From contig CM060732.1 of the NCBI GenBank assembly GCA_030704615.1, positions 55,366,001 through 55,430,000 of the forward strand: a DNA stretch of 64,000 nt. Reading direction: 5' to 3'. A program made the position numbers and the translations under genes. The notes under the pieces are model-generated. The model worked only from the letters and a program-made list of their open reading frames with translations. It had not been told where the DNA came from and made no database searches. Shown here piece by piece: positions 49,325 to 61,407 of this stretch. Numbering within the stretch: the first letter of the stretch is position 1; every line of letters starts with the position of its first letter. The stretch comes from Takakia lepidozioides. Lineage: Eukaryota > Plantae > Bryophyta.

Positions 49325-50073
49325 TTCCACTTCATCGGTCTGAACTAGATTTGTTGTATCCTCCCAAACAATTCCCTACTTATCTATGTTGCAAAGCACA
49401 CTGTAGCTCCAATGCGGAATCAAACAGCGGGTGCGTCCTCGCAGTAGATCGGACATCAGTCATTTGATTTGTTAGTACCTAGTGGACAATTTGGGCTTTG
49501 TTTTTTGAAAGCCATGGGAGATTTTTTACGGACCTGTGGGAGGAGCTTTGATCTTAGGAGTGCTTGCCATATAATTAGTTATGCTTTCAGGAGACTGGAA
49601 TCCTAAAACCGTGTTCACTCTAATAGTTCCTAAATTGCGGAAGGTCTGGTGGTACCTTGCCATCTCCACCCCGATTTGACCACACCTTATCTGTTGTAGA
49701 GAAGTTAGCTCATCTTCTTTCAGCGTGGGTAAATCATTGCTATACTCTTAATACCACCACCAGCAAGTGATATAAGCTGGACCAAAAAACATGTGTGGAT
49801 CTATTTGCCCTCATTTGCCAAAAAACACGCCCCCAAAAAAGAACAATTGCCCTCCTCATTTGTACCCCGGAAAGCCTGACATTGGTTTACAACATGGGCT
49901 GCTCATCAACTTGGCTTCTTACCACTTTGTCCCTTCGATACAAGACATGCTCGCCTTCAGACAAGCTTTATGTTCCGATCTGAGGTTTCGATTTGTTCAG
50001 CATGTCTAAAATATCTGTTGGGCTTAATCATCAACGACGGTGATCACAACATGTGATCAGAACCCCAGAGTTC
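49325..50073 (-). repeat. Inverted partial duplicate of the UGT locus flanks (39488-39638 joined to 35275-35835)
   Basis: 49325-49476 is the reverse complement of ~39488-39638. 49473-50073 is the reverse complement of ~35275-35835. Confidence 0.92.
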
Positions 50074-51632
50074 ACTAGTTCAGCTTATTAGAGAGGGGTT
50101 ATTCATCTACTTCTATTAACTTAATATGTCATGGTTTGTGTTTTTTTGGGGGCCCTGCGTGTGCAGAGCCCCCTATGTAATAGTAACTAGTAACTAGTGA
50201 TAAAGATAAAGATAAAGATTCTTTAACGTCCAGTGAATTTACAGAGCCTGCTGCTGAAAACACAGGCCATCGAGGGTCCAATGGACGGTCTGAAGGCACA
50301 TGTTGAAGGATTGAACACAAGATCACCTAGGTTATGCACAGGCAAGGCACAAACACCCAACCACTGGGCTACCTGCTCAAGTAGTAAGTGAGAGGGGAAG
50401 AGAGGCCCGGCTCTCTTTATATACGCTCACACGGCGGTGGGACCTTCTTAGAAGCCGGCCGAGGCTTAGCGGTGGGACCCTTCTAGAAGGTTACCTCCGC
50501 CATGTATACTTCTCCAAACCACCTCTAAAAATCTACTTCCTAGAAACCCCAAAACGGGTGTCGTGGGGTTAAGCAACTAGGTGACCCGAAACAGAGGTGG
50601 CCCGGGTCGCCTAGTTTTTCATCCAACCGTAACTTTGATGGATGAAGGTGGATGAAGACGGTGTCTGAACGAAAAATGTAGCGCTGGAAGTCCTCTACAA
50701 GTTCGACTTTACAGCGCAAAAAATAATTAAAGGCCTGCCGTGAGGAATTGTTGAACCCGAATCTGCCTATACTTTGTGAGCAGGTACTTGAAGCGGTTCA
50801 TCCCAGTGGATGGATGAACACGGGTACAGGCAGGGCATATCCTGTTTTGGGACAAAAGTGCCAAAACAAGCCTCGTCCGTGAAGCGTCCCGTTCCAGTTA
50901 CATTGGAAATGCAGTCAAAGTACACCTTCCCAAAACAAAATACTCCTTCCAAACATGGCCTGCAAAGGAAGTGTCGTGTGCACATAGAGAGGCAAGTACT
51001 CAGTCGTGTTCTCCAAATATTCTACTACAAGTTGGTCACCCCTTAACATGCAGGGATGCCAGCGTAAAAATAAGTGAATATTATTATTTATTTATTTTTT
51101 AATGATTAAACTAAATTAGATCTACAAACAAAAGTCAGTGTCCAACGTGACGATCTTTGATTGCCCAAATCCAGGAACCTTGTTCGTGCCATCTTTTTTT
51201 GACAAGTTGATGACAATCAGAGAATAAAACAATATTGTTATCAATGAGCCAATATATGTATATACATATATATGGTGCTTTCTAGTTGGGTTCTTTAATA
51301 TTTGCTGGGGAAAGAAAATAATCAGCTGAAGTACTTTCTAGATTTGATACTGGTTTGTCTTCTTCCTCACTCACTCCATGCTATATAAGAGTACTAAATA
51401 GACTACCTCTTACTCTCCCAATCTCTGTCTATATATTGCGGTCCTTCTTCGTCTTCTTCCTGACTTTCTACATACTCTATACATGAACACTAGATCTTAA
51501 TCCATGAGGTCTCTCTCTCTTATCATACAAGTCCACTTACATGTATAGGAGAGAATATGAATTGCCGTCCAAGCTGAAGCCAAAAAAGTAGTAGACTGTC
51601 AATGTTAAGGCTACTAAAGATGAAAATACCGG

Positions 51633-54600
51633 ATGTTGTTTGTATATGTTGTATGTTGTTTTGTTACTTCCATCACTGCACCGCATCACCGTGGGACCAG
51701 TTCCTCAAAAATCCTACATATAAAGCTGTACGTATGGACCACAACTAACCCCCAATGTAGTGAATTTTTCCCTCCTGCTTGTCTATATGTACTTTCATAT
51801 GATTATTCTCTATGTCTATCAAGCTACGCTGTTGTACCTCTAATCCATTTGCTTGACCTTGAAAGCGAGAACCAAATTGGAAACTATCTTATACACATTC
51901 CTGATCATCTTTCGGATGGTCAACTCCTAGGGACTCATACATGAGAAATGTAAAATCCTTTTATTTTTTTCACAAATGACTCTAGTTGTAAAGAATGTAC
52001 TCATAAGACGTTGTTTGTCGTAGCCTTGTGGCCTCTAGTTGTAAAGAATGTACTCATAAGACGTTGTTTGCCGTAGCCTTGTGGCCTCTAGTTGTAAAGA
52101 AAGAGATACATAGAATGTACTAAGACGTTGCTTGACATAACCTAAAAATAGAGTAGATACATAGAGAAGAATCACCAGTAGGCGGGCTGGGGAAGTAGCT
52201 ACCAACCATCCCACGTGGTTTAAGACAGTGGGAAGTCGACATGGCCGTGAGGATGGACAGACTATGATTTTTAAACCATAGCGAAATCAAGCCCTAACAT
52301 ATACTGTAAAGACCAAAATATGCTACTAATTTCAAAGGAAAAAGATACATGGAGCTTACGAACGTCAACAGCAAAAGATCTCAGTACTCCCCAAGCTAAC
52401 ATCGATAGTTCTTCAAAGTATAATATGGTTTTGAGAGAAAGAAAGAAGAGTGCAGTACTGTTGTGTCTGCATGAATTCAAAGGTTGGGAGTGAACTGCGT
52501 AATAAATTTTAGGGGGCACATTTGCACTTAGGCACCCATGATCAGTTAGTGAACAATCAACGACCTAACGAAAATCAGGGCCCCACTTACATGAGTCAAC
52601 TAGTTTTAAAGTTAGCGGTGTCAGTTATAAGGGGTGTAGTGTATGTATGTCAGAAGTCTGCCAGTTGAGAATCTGTAAGTTAAGGGGCGTCTCTTTCTCA
52701 CGACTACAATATGGAAGGTTTAAAGTGCTGGCTAGGACATGGGGGGAAAGCTGCGGACATGAGTAGAAGCTATGAGAGGGTAGGAGTTGCGCAAAATGTC
52801 TAATTAGTTGAGTCAAGAGCTGCGTGAAATCTCTTGGAATGTCATATAGGCATTGAACTCAGAGGAGAAGAAGAAATGACAATTTCCTCGCCAAGAGTGT
52901 TCTTAACCCCTTCTCAACGAAGACCTAATGGGGCTACTATCGAGTTACTGCGCCCATTAGTTAGTTTAAAATGGCTCTTTAATTAACACTTGAAAGGTAA
53001 CATTTATTTAGGTTTGACTGTGACTTGGAGTAATCATGTGGTGTTTGCAGAGTTGGCCTACTCATGGTGGGCCCGGAACCCAAAACCGCAGGCAGGCCAT
53101 ATTCGAGACCAAGATTACTCGACATACAGTATCAAAGCTTAAGTTGAAATGGCAGTTTGATTCCCAAGGCGAAATTTCTGTCACGCCCTCCATTGTAGAT
53201 GGGACAGTATACTTTCCCAACTGGAGTGGTTACGTCTACGCATTAGATGCAGCGACTGGGAACCGTGTGTGGAAGACGAATCTAACCCTCATAACAAACA
53301 GCAACACAACGATCTCTGCAAGATCAGCAGTTGTAGCGGGTGATCTGGTGCTGGCGGGGGTATATGGCCCTGCCACCTTGGTTGCTCTGGATCGAGCCAC
53401 TGGAAATCTCCGCTGGTCGGTGCTACTGGACACACATCCCTATGCTATCATCACCATGTCTGGAACCGCCACCAATGGGTAACTTATTGCTACTCAATTT
53501 CTACTCAACTCTGCCTAAACTTATATATATCCTGCGTTAAATAACCTTATCTTCAGGTTCTGAATAGATTAAATAAGTAAATTAATGGGAACCATTTTGA
53601 AGCATATCATTATCATACTGTTGTAACAATGGCTTCCTAGTGAGGAGATTTATTTACATCTTTTAGTACTAGTGTATGCAGGGACCATTTAACTTTACTA
53701 ACTTCATTGTCATGTACAAAGTATTGGATCTGAAATTTAACTAGAGCTGGGGCCAACTTATGCTTGCTACTACTTCCAGTACGAAAACCCAATGTTCAGA
53801 TTGAAAGACTTCAGCTCACTCTATCTCTATTTGCAGAGCGTATTATGTGGGTGTATCATCCTCGGAAGAGAATGCATCACCACAAACTTGTTGCACTTTC
53901 CAAGGCAGTTTTGTGAAGGTTGCTTTAGATACAGGCACTGTCGTGTGGCGGACATCTATGTTACCTAGCAATGGCGGCAAAAGAGGTTTATATGCCGGCG
54001 CATCCCTTTGGGGCAGCAGTCCTTCAATCGATTGCGAACGAAATGCGGTCTACATTGCCACAGGGAATACATACTCAGTGCCTCGCGCAATCAACACATG
54101 TCAAGAAGAGCAAAACAACAAAACAGTGCCTGATTATCCGGACCCTTGCATCCAGCCTGACGATCACTCCGAATCCATTCTTGCACTTGATCTCGACAAC
54201 GGGACGATAATTTGGGCGAACCATCTGGGTAGCTTTGACACTTGGGTTGGCGCTTGCATATTTGATCCACCCAATTGCCCACCCATTGCCGGACCCGATG
54301 CTGACTTTGGTGAGGCACCCATGCTGCTCAGAATTTGGCAAGGTCACGCAAACAGCAGTGAAGGGGGTGAAGGGGATGACAGACACTACTGGCGCGACGT
54401 TGCGATTGTTGGCCAAAAGAATGGGATCATGCATGCTCTGGACCGTGACACTGGTGCTGCTCTATGGAATTCGGTATGTACAATACTGTGACCTGTCTCT
54501 TTTTTTACCTTTCTTTTAAATTTAGATATATTTTAAAAACAGGGGACGGTGGCCCTGGAAATTTTATTTGGAATTATTATAAAACCCCTAAATAATTTTT

Positions 54601-55723
54601 AACTTGTAGGAGTAATTAGCCTTTGTAACAATAATAATAATATAAAATTTAAGAAAGGGGACCTGACTCCTTGCCAATGAGAGGCAAGGAAAAGATAACC
54701 AAGTTATGGGTAAATATTTACCTGGATGCACCCTATTTAACCTTATCCTTACACTTGATTTGTCCCCCTATGGTACAAAGGGTAAATCATTTAGAGATAC
54801 CTATTCTCCTGGGGTAAATACATATAAATGGAGGGTAAAAGCTGCATAACTCTGCTCCAAGGCCGTCGTCCCTAGTCCCTACCTACCAGTGAATTCATAG
54901 CTTGACAGAGAGGAAATATAAATAACCTCACCTCATCAGCCCTACTAAGCCTATTATTATTTTTCAGTTTTCATTTTCATTTTTTTTATTCCTTTGGGGA
55001 AGCCCTTGGAGCTTTTCTTTTTCTTTTTTAAGAAAAAAAGGCGATGAAGGCCCTGATTTGATTTCAAATTGTATGGGGCTGGTGTTTCCTTGGAACAAAA
55101 CAAAAAAAACAAATTTTTTATTTTTTTATCATAACACTGATTTAAGGGCAGACTCCATTTGCTAGTTAGTGGTGCCTACATCACTAATGGCATACTACAT
55201 TATGTTTGAAAACCCAACCAACAAATATTACAATACATTGACACAGGTGGCAGGACCCGGAGGCGTGGAGGGGGGTATAACATGGGGATCGGCGACGGAT
55301 GGGACACGAGTGTACACAAGCATGGTAAATAGTAACCATGAAAACTTCACCCTCATCCCGACCACAACCGTGATCACTGGAAGCGGATGGGTAGCATTGA
55401 ACGCAAGAAATGGCAGTGTCTTGTGGTCGGTCCCTGTTCCTCATGGTGCTGTTGGCTACGGACCAGTTTCAGTTGTGAATGGAGTTGTGTTTGTTACATC
55501 ATCCGGTAGTGGGGGGAATGGTGCAGTCTATGGGCTAGATGGAGCGAGCGGAAAAATATTGTGGGCATATGAAAAGACCGATGGGAGTATATCGGGAGGG
55601 GTTTCGATAGTTGATGGTTGTGTGTATGTTGGTTCAGGAAGCGGTCGCTTCACTCATATTGGTTTTCCCTTTTTTACCAAGGGCACAACACTATACGCTT
55701 TTTGTGTGCCTGAATTAATATAA
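51633..55723 (+). CDS. PQQ-binding beta-propeller / polyvinyl-alcohol-dehydrogenase-like secreted protein; exons 51633-51731 (tentative), 53051-53478, 53837-54473, 55247-55723
   Basis: Trp-docking repeats (VYALDAATGNRVW, VALDRATGNLRW, LALDLDNGTIIW, YGLDGASGKILW), vicinal CC in SSSEE...TCCTFQGS, and WGSSP, DADFG, GGITWG. The internal GT/AG junctions are in phase. The first (signal-peptide-like) exon is inferred. Confidence 0.88.
51980..52135. repeat. ~53-bp tandem repeat in the putative first intron
   Basis: CTCTAGTTGTAAAGAATGTACTCATAAGACGTTGTTTG.CGTAGCCTTGTGGC x2 plus a partial copy. Confidence 0.85.
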
Positions 55724-56180
55724 ACGATGAATTTTTTTTGAAAATTTTATCAATGGTAATTTGTTATTTTCATAATTCGGCATATGGTGCAGCTTGTGTT
55801 TGACGCAAACATCATCTACTACACTAACTCAGAAACAGAAAGAAGAAATAAAAGGAGGATGAAAGAATTAGTTGTAGCCATGGAGCTCGAGGAATGCGCG
55901 GGCATTTATCTGTAATTCTGCATCAAAGAGAGATGATAAGGAATAAATCCAAGTCCCTATCCAGATTTACAAATCTGCCCTAATGTTCCAACAAAGGAAA
56001 TTAATGAAAATTTATTGCACTCCATTTGAATGCTTCCTCCCAATAGAGTCCATGCTCAATCAACACCTTAACATTGCATAAACTGTGCTTTGGAGTAAGT
56101 AACTGGATTTTAAGAAAATCTAGACTTTCCAAAGTCCAGGAATAACATTTATTTATTTATTTAAATTGAATAAAAATTAT

Positions 56181-56480
56181 GATTGGCTAGGTTTGCGGGC
56201 CCCTTCGCCCGCCGCCGCATGAATCTCGCGCATGACGGGTGCGTGGCAGGCGTCGTTTCACGGAAGCCCTCCCCTAAAAAATACGATTGGCCACGTTTGC
56301 GGGCCCTACGCGCGCCGCCGCTTGAATCTCGCGCGTGGCATGCACCGTTTCACCTAAGTCCTCCCCTAATAATTATGATTGGACAGGTTTGAGGGCAATG
56401 CGGCCGCCGCCGGTGCACGCCTGCCATTGTATACCCATGGCGAGGTATCGTATGGGTCTGCCTCCCCGGGTATAAAAGGG
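56181..56480 (+). promoter_or_regulatory. Promoter-like GC-rich segment: three GATTGG (reverse CCAAT) repeats followed by TATAAAAGGG
   Basis: GATTGG...GTTTG.GGGC at 56181, 56285 and 56377; TATA at 56471. Confidence 0.4.
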
Positions 56481-56508
56481 GAGGCTCCATGGTTCATTCT
56501 CCCTCTCA

Positions 56509-58305
56509 GAGGGAAGCTAGCGTGTGAGTGCGCTCACGCTTAGTGCGCGCGCTTAGTGCACTAAGCGTGAGCAGACTTCGTTAAGCGTGAGCAGATCTCT
56601 TAAGCGTGAGACACATAAGGGAAGCAGAGCCTATAACCGTGGGAAAAGCAGGACCTATTGTCGTTGGGGCAATGTTGACTGGAACGGAGGGTAACATACG
56701 ATGCCTGGGACCTAAGACGTCAAGTTCCATGTAGGAAAATTTGAGAGGAATGTGTGGTGAAATTCTTAAGGATTAATGGCTATGTGGAATGGATGAATGT
56801 AGGATGAATGTAGGATGACAAAAGATGAATGAATGAACCATGGATGACAACAACACGAGGTTAATTTTGGAGAACTTGAAATCAACCTTGTGTCAACACG
56901 AGGTTGATTTCCGAGTGGACGTGCATGATTACGGTTTTTTTTTTGTTTTTTTGAAAAAGGATGCTTTCATTTCTCAAATCAAAGTTGGGTCAACGCAAGG
57001 TTGATTTGCATCATGCGACTTTTTTTTTTTGCATTTGTTTTGTTTTTATTTGGTTCATGCAAATCAACCTTGCGTCAACGCAAGTTTGATTTGAGAAATG
57101 AAAGCATATTTTTTCAAATAAATAAATAAAATCGCAGGATGCAAATCAACCTTGCGTTTATGCAAGGTTGATTTGAGGAATGAAAGCATCTTTTTTCCAA
57201 AAAATAAATAAAATAAATAAAAAATAAAAAATTGAAGTCGGAGGATGCAAATCAACCTTGATTTGAGAAATGAAAGCTCTTTTTTGCACTGTTTTTTGCA
57301 TTTTGTATGGGCAAGGTTGATTTGAAAAAATGGAAGCATTTTTTTTTTTTAAAAGAATAAAAAGTTGAAGTCGTAGGATGCAAATCAACCTTGCGTTGAC
57401 ACAACCTTGATTTGAGAAATGAAAGCATCCTTTTTGTACTGTTTTTTGTATTTTGTATGGGCAAATCAACTTTGCGTTGACGCAAGGTTGATTTGAGAAA
57501 TGAAAGCATCTTTTTTTCCAAAATAAAAAATAAAAAAATAAATAATGGAAGTCGCAGGATGCAAATCAACCTTGTGTTGACGCAACCTTGATTTGAGAAA
57601 TGAAAGCATACTTTTTCCCCCAAAAAAAGTTAAAGTCGCAGGATGGAAATCAACCTTGCGTTGACGCAATCTTGATTTGAGAGATGAAATCATCTTTTTT
57701 GCACTGTTTTTGCATTTTGTATGGGACACAATCAAGGTTGCGTTAACGCAACCTTGATTATGCTATGGATTTCAATCGCATCTTTCGGGAAATAAATCTT
57801 CGTCTTGTTTAGTGTTTCGTGTCTTCTAGTCTTTTGGGAAGTTCAGGGATCAACCTTGCATCAACGCGACATTGATTACAAAGGGGTTTAATGGGAATTA
57901 ACAAACACCTGCTGCATCTGTGTTTTTTGAATGTATGGTTCAAGTATATCTATCATATCCTCATTCCGGGGAAGTACTTGAGCGATGACCCTCGATAATA
58001 CATCCAGTCTTTAACATCCACTCATCCGTTGTTCATGCATTGCGATATGTCTATCCATCAGCCATCTCGCATTCAACCATTCATGAATTATTCATCTATC
58101 ATTCATCCAACATTCATCCAACATTCATCCAAATACGAATGATATGTACAGTCATTTCCGCGGAAGTAGGTCTCCCAGGGCTTCCTCATCCGCGATTGTG
58201 GGCCCATGCACCCTATTACGTGAGCATCTTTCCGCTCACGGATTGGCATCTTCCCGTTCACGCATCTTTTCGCTCACGTGAGCCGCTCACGGACTAGCAA
58301 TCCCC
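56509..58305. mobile_element. Non-autonomous Mutator-like element with internal hairpin array
   Basis: 9-bp TSD TCCCTCTCA (56500-56508, 58306-58314). Termini GAGGGAAGCTAG / CTAGCAATCCCC, with long imperfect TIRs carrying GTGAGC and GGATGAATG/CATTCATCC repeats. Confidence 0.85.
56850..57880. repeat. Tandem array of ~12 hairpins AAATCAACCTTGCG-(TCAA/TTGA)-CGCAAGGTTGATTT
   Basis: Copies at ~56879, 56976, 57061, 57143, 57382, 57463, 57563, 57647 and 57730, plus collapsed or half copies. Spacers are A/T-tract rich and of variable length. Confidence 0.9.
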
Positions 58306-60089
58306 TCCCTCTCACACTTTCATGACGGTGAAGCCCTACTAAAACTTAGAGCCACGAGTTTTGAGATCTTGAGAAGGAGTGAAGGGAGTGAAGGGAGCGA
58401 AGGGAGGGTCAGTGATTTGCATCAGATCTGCGCTCAACATTTGTTGTCTGTTGCGTCTAGCAGTGTTCAGGATTTTGTTTGTTAGTTTCAGCTGTGCGGT
58501 CGTCGTTCAGGAGGGCATGAGAGCTGGTGGCGAGCCCGTGCTGGTGTCGTAATATAATTTGATTGGTGCATTGCTGCTGCGATTATTCTTCAACCACCAT
58601 GGCAAGCTCACGGTATATACTTTCGTATCTTCCCACAACTGATTGCATTAGGATTGCATTAGGTAACCCATGCATTTTCTCAGGGGAGGTCTCTCGTGCT
58701 ACTCAGGGGACCTCTCCCGTGATAAAACCCATTATCGCGGTAGGTGAATGTCACAGGAGACCTCCCGTGATATTTAAGACGTAGTATCCAAGAGTGTAAT
58801 AGAGTGTATAATGTCGACTGGGAATGAGGTCATCCCCAAAGAGTAAGTAACTTCCATTTCGTTGACCTATTATTTTCAGTTTGAAAATGAGTCTGGAAAC
58901 AGGTACTGCACACGCTGAGGGTCGGTCAGGATGTCAAAAAGAAAACACTTTTGTGTTGTGATGTGTTGGGAATTGAAACGGAGGACTCCGTGAGGGATAA
59001 CAGGTTTACCCTTGCTGTGTTCATCCGCGAGAACGCCAGGAAAGGGGAGAAGGTATTTGGGTTCTCTGTGGATGCCATGAGTCTGAGTAGTGATCTGATG
59101 GGATTCGCGATTCGGATGGGTTCAGGGTCCCTATTGTCAAAGACTACCTGGAGATGGAAATCCTCAAGAGCTGGGAATACCTTGACAGAATTCTCTACAA
59201 TAGGAGAGACAATAATTGGAGGTACAACAACTCCAATTGGAGCAAAAGATTACATTGATGTCGTCGTGCAGATACATCATAGATGATATCCATCCACGTG
59301 GCGGCCATGCAGAAGTTGTACTATCGGGTATGGGAGGCCCCCCGTCATAGTCATTATGGCAAGTAATTAATGAAACGATTCCCCTTGCTGTACAAGCCTC
59401 ATGTATAGGTGCAGTTGGCCTCATGCCCCAGCATGCAAATGCGGGTCTATATAAGGGCAAGATCTTCCCTCTCATTTCATTCAATCTTGGCGAAGCCCTG
59501 CCGAATTGTGGAGTGCAGATGCTGGATTGACTCAAGAGTGGTGGAAGGGTGGTGGAAGGACGGAAGTGGTGTTTCATCTCTGCATGTTTGTTAGTCATTC
59601 TCTATCAGTATTTTCCATAAGAGTTACACACTGAACTCACGCAGTTTCTGTTTTTTTAGCCTGGCACAGCGAAGAGGTACTATTCCATTAGACGTTCTCT
59701 TTGCTCTTTTTTGAATCTCATTTATCTGTCTTCGTCATCTCCAGTTATACCATTGATTGTGACGGGAGATCTCCCGTCATCTTGAGCAGATCATTTCCAA
59801 TTTGTGATCTGGAACGCTACTTTCTGTTTATCTTTTTCTGCCCATAGGAGATCACAGAACGGGAAACCTCCCATGATCCCTTAGTGTTATTTGCATTTGT
59901 GGTGTGCATAGATTTTGTCTTGCACAATCCAGAATTGTTTTGTGGATTCTCACTTATGGGTGAGGCGACTATAAAGGGAGATCTCCCGTCATCCTGCGGA
60001 GTGTTGCCGCATTTGATATATTCATCTTTTCTACTTTTTTTTGCTTCCTATTTTTTACTCGAGGGCATAGCAGGGGAGATCTCCTGTGG

Positions 60090-60492
60090 TTGAAGATGGT
60101 TACCACCTGTGGACAGTTGTATGTCGGAGAAGCCGTGAATTTAATCCAACTTGTCGGCTCTCCAGTTCCCAGAATTGTCGCTGAGGGTACATGTCTGAAT
60201 ACGTCTGGAGAGGGATTTTGTCATGGCAGACGTCTTTCTAGTAGTTTAGTGAGCGTCATATTAAAAACCGTGATACATGGAATGGAGTCAATTAGCTTGC
60301 CGTATTCACATCCAGATGTGGAGACTTTTGGAGAAACCTTGGGAACACCGATTGTCTGGAAATTTAGTGAAATTGAAAAACTTGTGCGAATGGAAGGTAA
60401 GGTGTGCTTGTCTGATGCTGGAGCGAACACGAATGTTTTGGAGGATACAAGACAGAAGGACAATACAGATGGTGTTGAAGGTGTTAGAGGAC
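60090..60492 (+). pseudogene. En/Spm (CACTA) Tnp1/TnpA-associated domain fragment
   Basis: IVAEG...FCHGRRL..VSV..V....LPYSHP...FGETLGTPIVW pattern; cut by the LTR insertion at 60493. Confidence 0.6.
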
Positions 60493-60604
60493 TGTAGGGG
60501 ACTTAGACACTTATACGAGATCTGTAGGGTACCCTTAATTTTTGCACAGACTGAGACCAACAGGAGCCTTAGGGGTGACAGCAGCGCACTATAGAGGGGG
60601 GTTA

Positions 60605-60890
60605 CACAGCCAACACATACGTCACAGTCGTCACAACCGACACAGCCCGTCACAGTCGTCACAGCCGACACAGCCAACACAGCCCGTCACAGCAGTCACA
60701 GCCCGACACAGCCAACACAGCCCGTCACAGTCGTCACAGCCGACACAGCCAACACAGCCCGTCACAGCAGTCACAGCCCGACACAGCCAAACACAGTCGC
60801 ACAGCCAGTCACAGCCCGTCACAGTTTCGCACAGCCAGTCATAGCCCGTCACAGTTTCACACAGCCAGTCACAGCTTGACACAGCGGTCA
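60605..60890. repeat. CACAGCC/CACAGTC minisatellite inside the putative LTR
   Basis: Dozens of (GT)CACAG(C/T)C units. Confidence 0.9.
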
Positions 60891-61407
60891 CATCATAGGG
60901 AACGAAGAGTAGGACAGGGAACGACTGTGGGGAACAACACCTGCGAAGGGAACATGTTAGTTCACAGACGACGGTTAGCGAGGGAAACGGTTAGAACCGC
61001 GGAGAGGAAGATAAAGGGAGAAACGGGGAGATGAGGATTATTATTCGGAGGAGGACTTCTTAGTCAGGCTGGAGCGGAGATCGGAAGCAAAAGATGGAGA
61101 GCACGGTGAAGAAGGAAAGAGGATTAGTAGATGCTTGTTATATGCAAAGCTGTAGTGATATTGTTGAGCAGATTAGAGACATAATGGCTTCGGCCTGATA
61201 CCTGATAAATCATAATCTGATACTTACACGATACAATCACACTGTGTAGAGAGATCTGAGTGAAGCTGTGGATTGAATGGATGAGTGAAGGAAACCGATA
61301 GATTGATGAAGCAAACTGATACTTAATTATCAATGGTAAGGTAGCTAAGATGAATGCGAAAAGGGAAAACAAATAGGAACACCCCCATGATACACTAGCT
61401 GTAGGTC

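Noticed and set aside
23920-58305. One giant element (Starship-like or Pack-MULE) carrying the UGT and PQQ genes
   Set aside because: The 58305 end pairs with 56509 through a 9-bp TSD, and no matching TSD for the 23920 end was found.
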